Assembly: GCA_010093745.1 (NCBI GenBank)
Contig: MU005969.1
Coordinates: 301,502-321,501, forward strand
Length of the DNA stretch: 20,000 bases
From: Piedraia hortae CBS 480.64
Lineage: Eukaryota
Direction of reading: 5' to 3'
A program made the position numbers and the translations under genes. Shown piece by piece: positions 17,950 through 20,000 of this stretch (its first letter is position 1; each line of letters begins with the position of its first letter). The notes under the pieces are model-generated. The model was not told the origin of the DNA. It saw only the letters and a program-made list of their open reading frames with translations, and did no database searches.

Positions 17950-19224
17950 TCAGTCGAGAACGACGATGCCCTCCATCGGCGTCCCACCCACATCCTCCTT
18001 CTCTTCTATACCGGTCAAGGCAAACACTCTTCCGTCTAATGCATCACCATCCCAGACCGCAAAGTTCATAATCGTCGCCTCTCTTTTCCCCAAGAAGTTA
18101 ACAACATCCTCGCTTGCCCTAGCGCCCACAAATGCTGTCGTCGGCGTAATCTCACACTCCAGCCCTTGCAGGAGCTGTCTTAAGAACTCGGCCTTGACGA
18201 TTGTAGGCTGCAATCCCAGCTCCTTCGTCTTCCGCATGCTCAGCTCCGTGAACGTCTTTAGATCGCCCTGTGTTCCCAACACCGGAATCCTTCCGCCATT
18301 CAAGCTCTCGTACTCAAACAGAGCGAGCAGACACGGTAGTAAAGGGGGAACGTTCCCCAATCGTCTCCTATTTCTCCTGACACTCTCCTCCAGCAACGAT
18401 CTAGCGGCCTCCTTGAGAGGCACATAACTTTCCCTCTTCCGCACCGTTTCCATGGCCTTCCCGGTCTGATCATCCCTAACCACTTCAACGGAAATCACAC
18501 TTCTCGTCGCAGTCTCCCTCCCAATGGCAGTCTCGACATTAGCCGCCTCGCGACTAAGCGCATACTCATGCTCCACCAAATCCGCAAAAATAAACCCATA
18601 TAAACCCAGAGCACGCGCATAGTAAAACGCCGTTCCCGCGGAGCGACATAGCGCGTTAATCTCGCATGCGCGCGGGTACGTTACATCGGTGGTGATCACG
18701 ACGGAGAACCCTCCCACACTGCCGACATCCCCTAGCGTTTCAGCAGCTGTGACCTCCACACGGGGGTTCAGTTCTCTCAAACGGGGCAGAGCAGCATCTA
18801 ACCTCCTTAACCCGACTTCTCCTTCTCGGAGCAGGAACTGCGCGCTTAAATCTTGTTGAACGACTATGCAACCCCTAGAATCGTCCTCGGTCAGATCCGC
18901 ATCTTGATCATCGACGTGGCCTTGGCGACCGCCATTCTCCCCGTTTCCATCTGCACATCTCTCGCTCTCGGAGTCCACAACCACCAACGATTTTATTCCA
19001 GCAAGCACGAGGTTCTTCGCAATTTCACTCCCCAGCGCTCTAAGGCCAATAAGAAGGATGGACGAGCCACGGAGAAGCTCCTGCGCGCCGCGCCCCCAGA
19101 GCCGGATTTGGCGGTCATAGAGTGCGATTTCGGCTGCGGTTAGGGATTTCGGTTCGGAGAGTTCATTGGGAGGAAGTGTTACTTTGTTGGGTGTTACGAC
19201 TGGGACGGTACGTGTCTTTGACAT
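17950..19224 (-). CDS. AOS1: SUMO-activating enzyme E1 subunit 1 (Aos1/Rad31/SAE1), 424 aa
   Basis: LTAAEIALYDRQIRLWG..AQ, IGLRALGSEIAKNLVLAGI, DLSAQFL, LRELNPRV, GLYGFIFADL and EITPTTAFVG...EDVVNFLG..E.TIMNF: ThiF-family, N-terminal-half E1 subunit. Confidence 0.93.
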   Translation of the reverse strand: MSKTRTVPVVTPNKVTLPPNELSEPKSLTAAEIALYDRQIRLWGRGAQELLRGSSILLIGLRALGSEIAKNLVLAGIKSLVVVDSESERCADGNGENGGRQGHVDDQDADLTEDDSRGCIVVQQDLSAQFLLREGEVGLRRLDAALPRLRELNPRVEVTAAETLGDVGSVGGFSVVITTDVTYPRACEINALCRSAGTAFYYARALGLYGFIFADLVEHEYALSREAANVETAIGRETATRSVISVEVVRDDQTGKAMETVRKRESYVPLKEAARSLLEESVRRNRRRLGNVPPLLPCLLALFEYESLNGGRIPVLGTQGDLKTFTELSMRKTKELGLQPTIVKAEFLRQLLQGLECEITPTTAFVGARASEDVVNFLGKREATIMNFAVWDGDALDGRVFALTGIEEKEDVGGTPMEGIVVLD

Positions 19225-19725
19225 TTTGCTGGGATGGTAGAGGTGAGGTTGGTTGGGCAGGCAATTTACGCTTGTGGCCCGGCCCGGTCCGTTTCCACAG
19301 CTGTGGGTCTACTTGTCGGGATATGGTTGGTAGTAGCTAAGACTTGATATGATACCAAATGAGAGTATTGAGACTAACTTCTTGTCAAATCTGGGACCAG
19401 CACGTGTTTTATGGCATGACGCAGGGAAGGGTAAGTGAATGATCTGTGGAAGCATCCCCCCCCCATTACTCTAACTTTGGGCAGTCCCTCTACATATCAA
19501 AGAGTGGGTCTGCCCGGCAAACACGCAGACAAAGGGCCTAGCCAAACACCACAAAAAACGCTGCCGAAAATCACTTCTGAGGTGTTTGTCCGCGATATCT
19601 CCACAGGCCATCAAATGCCTTCGTGATGTTGCCCAAGTGATCCCCATCAAAGGTTTGGCAACGGACCATATACTGAAGAAATGAATGATACGTCGTCAGA
19701 ATGATTTCTTAAGGTTTGAAACTAT

Positions 19726-20000
19726 TCAGTCTTCAATTTGAGCATTTCCTTGATTCAGGACCCACCTCGTGTTAGGTTTCGCGCATATCTGTGACAGTTT
19801 CGATCCGCCAACAACTTCATGCGAATGATACAGCCGCGGTTCAAGCAAGTTTTCTCGAAATGTCTCTGTCCTGTTGAATGCTCTTAACAAAGACTGATGT
19901 AAGCCATCTACACCACTCGCTGCTGACTCGCAGAAACCTACTATTATAATTGTGAGCAGATGTGTACCTGCATACAAATCTCTACGGAAAACTAGTTGAC
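19726..20000 (-). CDS. Possible exon of an unrecognised gene running in from beyond the window edge
   Basis: Minus strand has GCTCAC followed by ATAG (branch/acceptor-like, ending 19941), then an open frame xGFCESAASGVDGLHQSLLRAFNRTETF... to TGA at 19726. No recognisable homology. Confidence 0.25.
   Translation of the reverse strand, partial: QLVFRRDLYAGTHLLTIIIVGFCESAASGVDGLHQSLLRAFNRTETFRENLLEPRLYHSHEVVGGSKLSQICAKPNTRWVLNQGNAQIED

Overview
Compact, intron-poor filamentous ascomycete genomic DNA (Pezizomycotina; Dothideomycete-like is an inference from protein similarity and GTRAGT/CTRAC/YAG introns of 43-61 nt). Conserved genes in order: PEX3 (5' end cut off by the window), an STL1-like MFS sugar/glycerol transporter, a WDR70-like WD40 protein, a CRIB-motif protein, alpha-actinin, BMT2, an atypical SDR/Rossmann protein, ATG101 and the SUMO E1 subunit AOS1. 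The most interesting part is about 4.9-9.3 kb, an island of predicted secreted proteins that the ORF track misses because each signal-peptide exon is split off by an intron. It holds two tandem, diverged paralogues of a small secreted protein family I cannot assign (164 and 139 aa; 20/62 ungapped identities; shared C-x9-C pair; same phase-1 intron, GC-AG in one copy). It also holds a divergently transcribed GPI-type Ser/Thr-rich protein with proline-punctuated 21-23 aa repeats. No tRNA, rRNA, CRISPR or intact transposon was seen.
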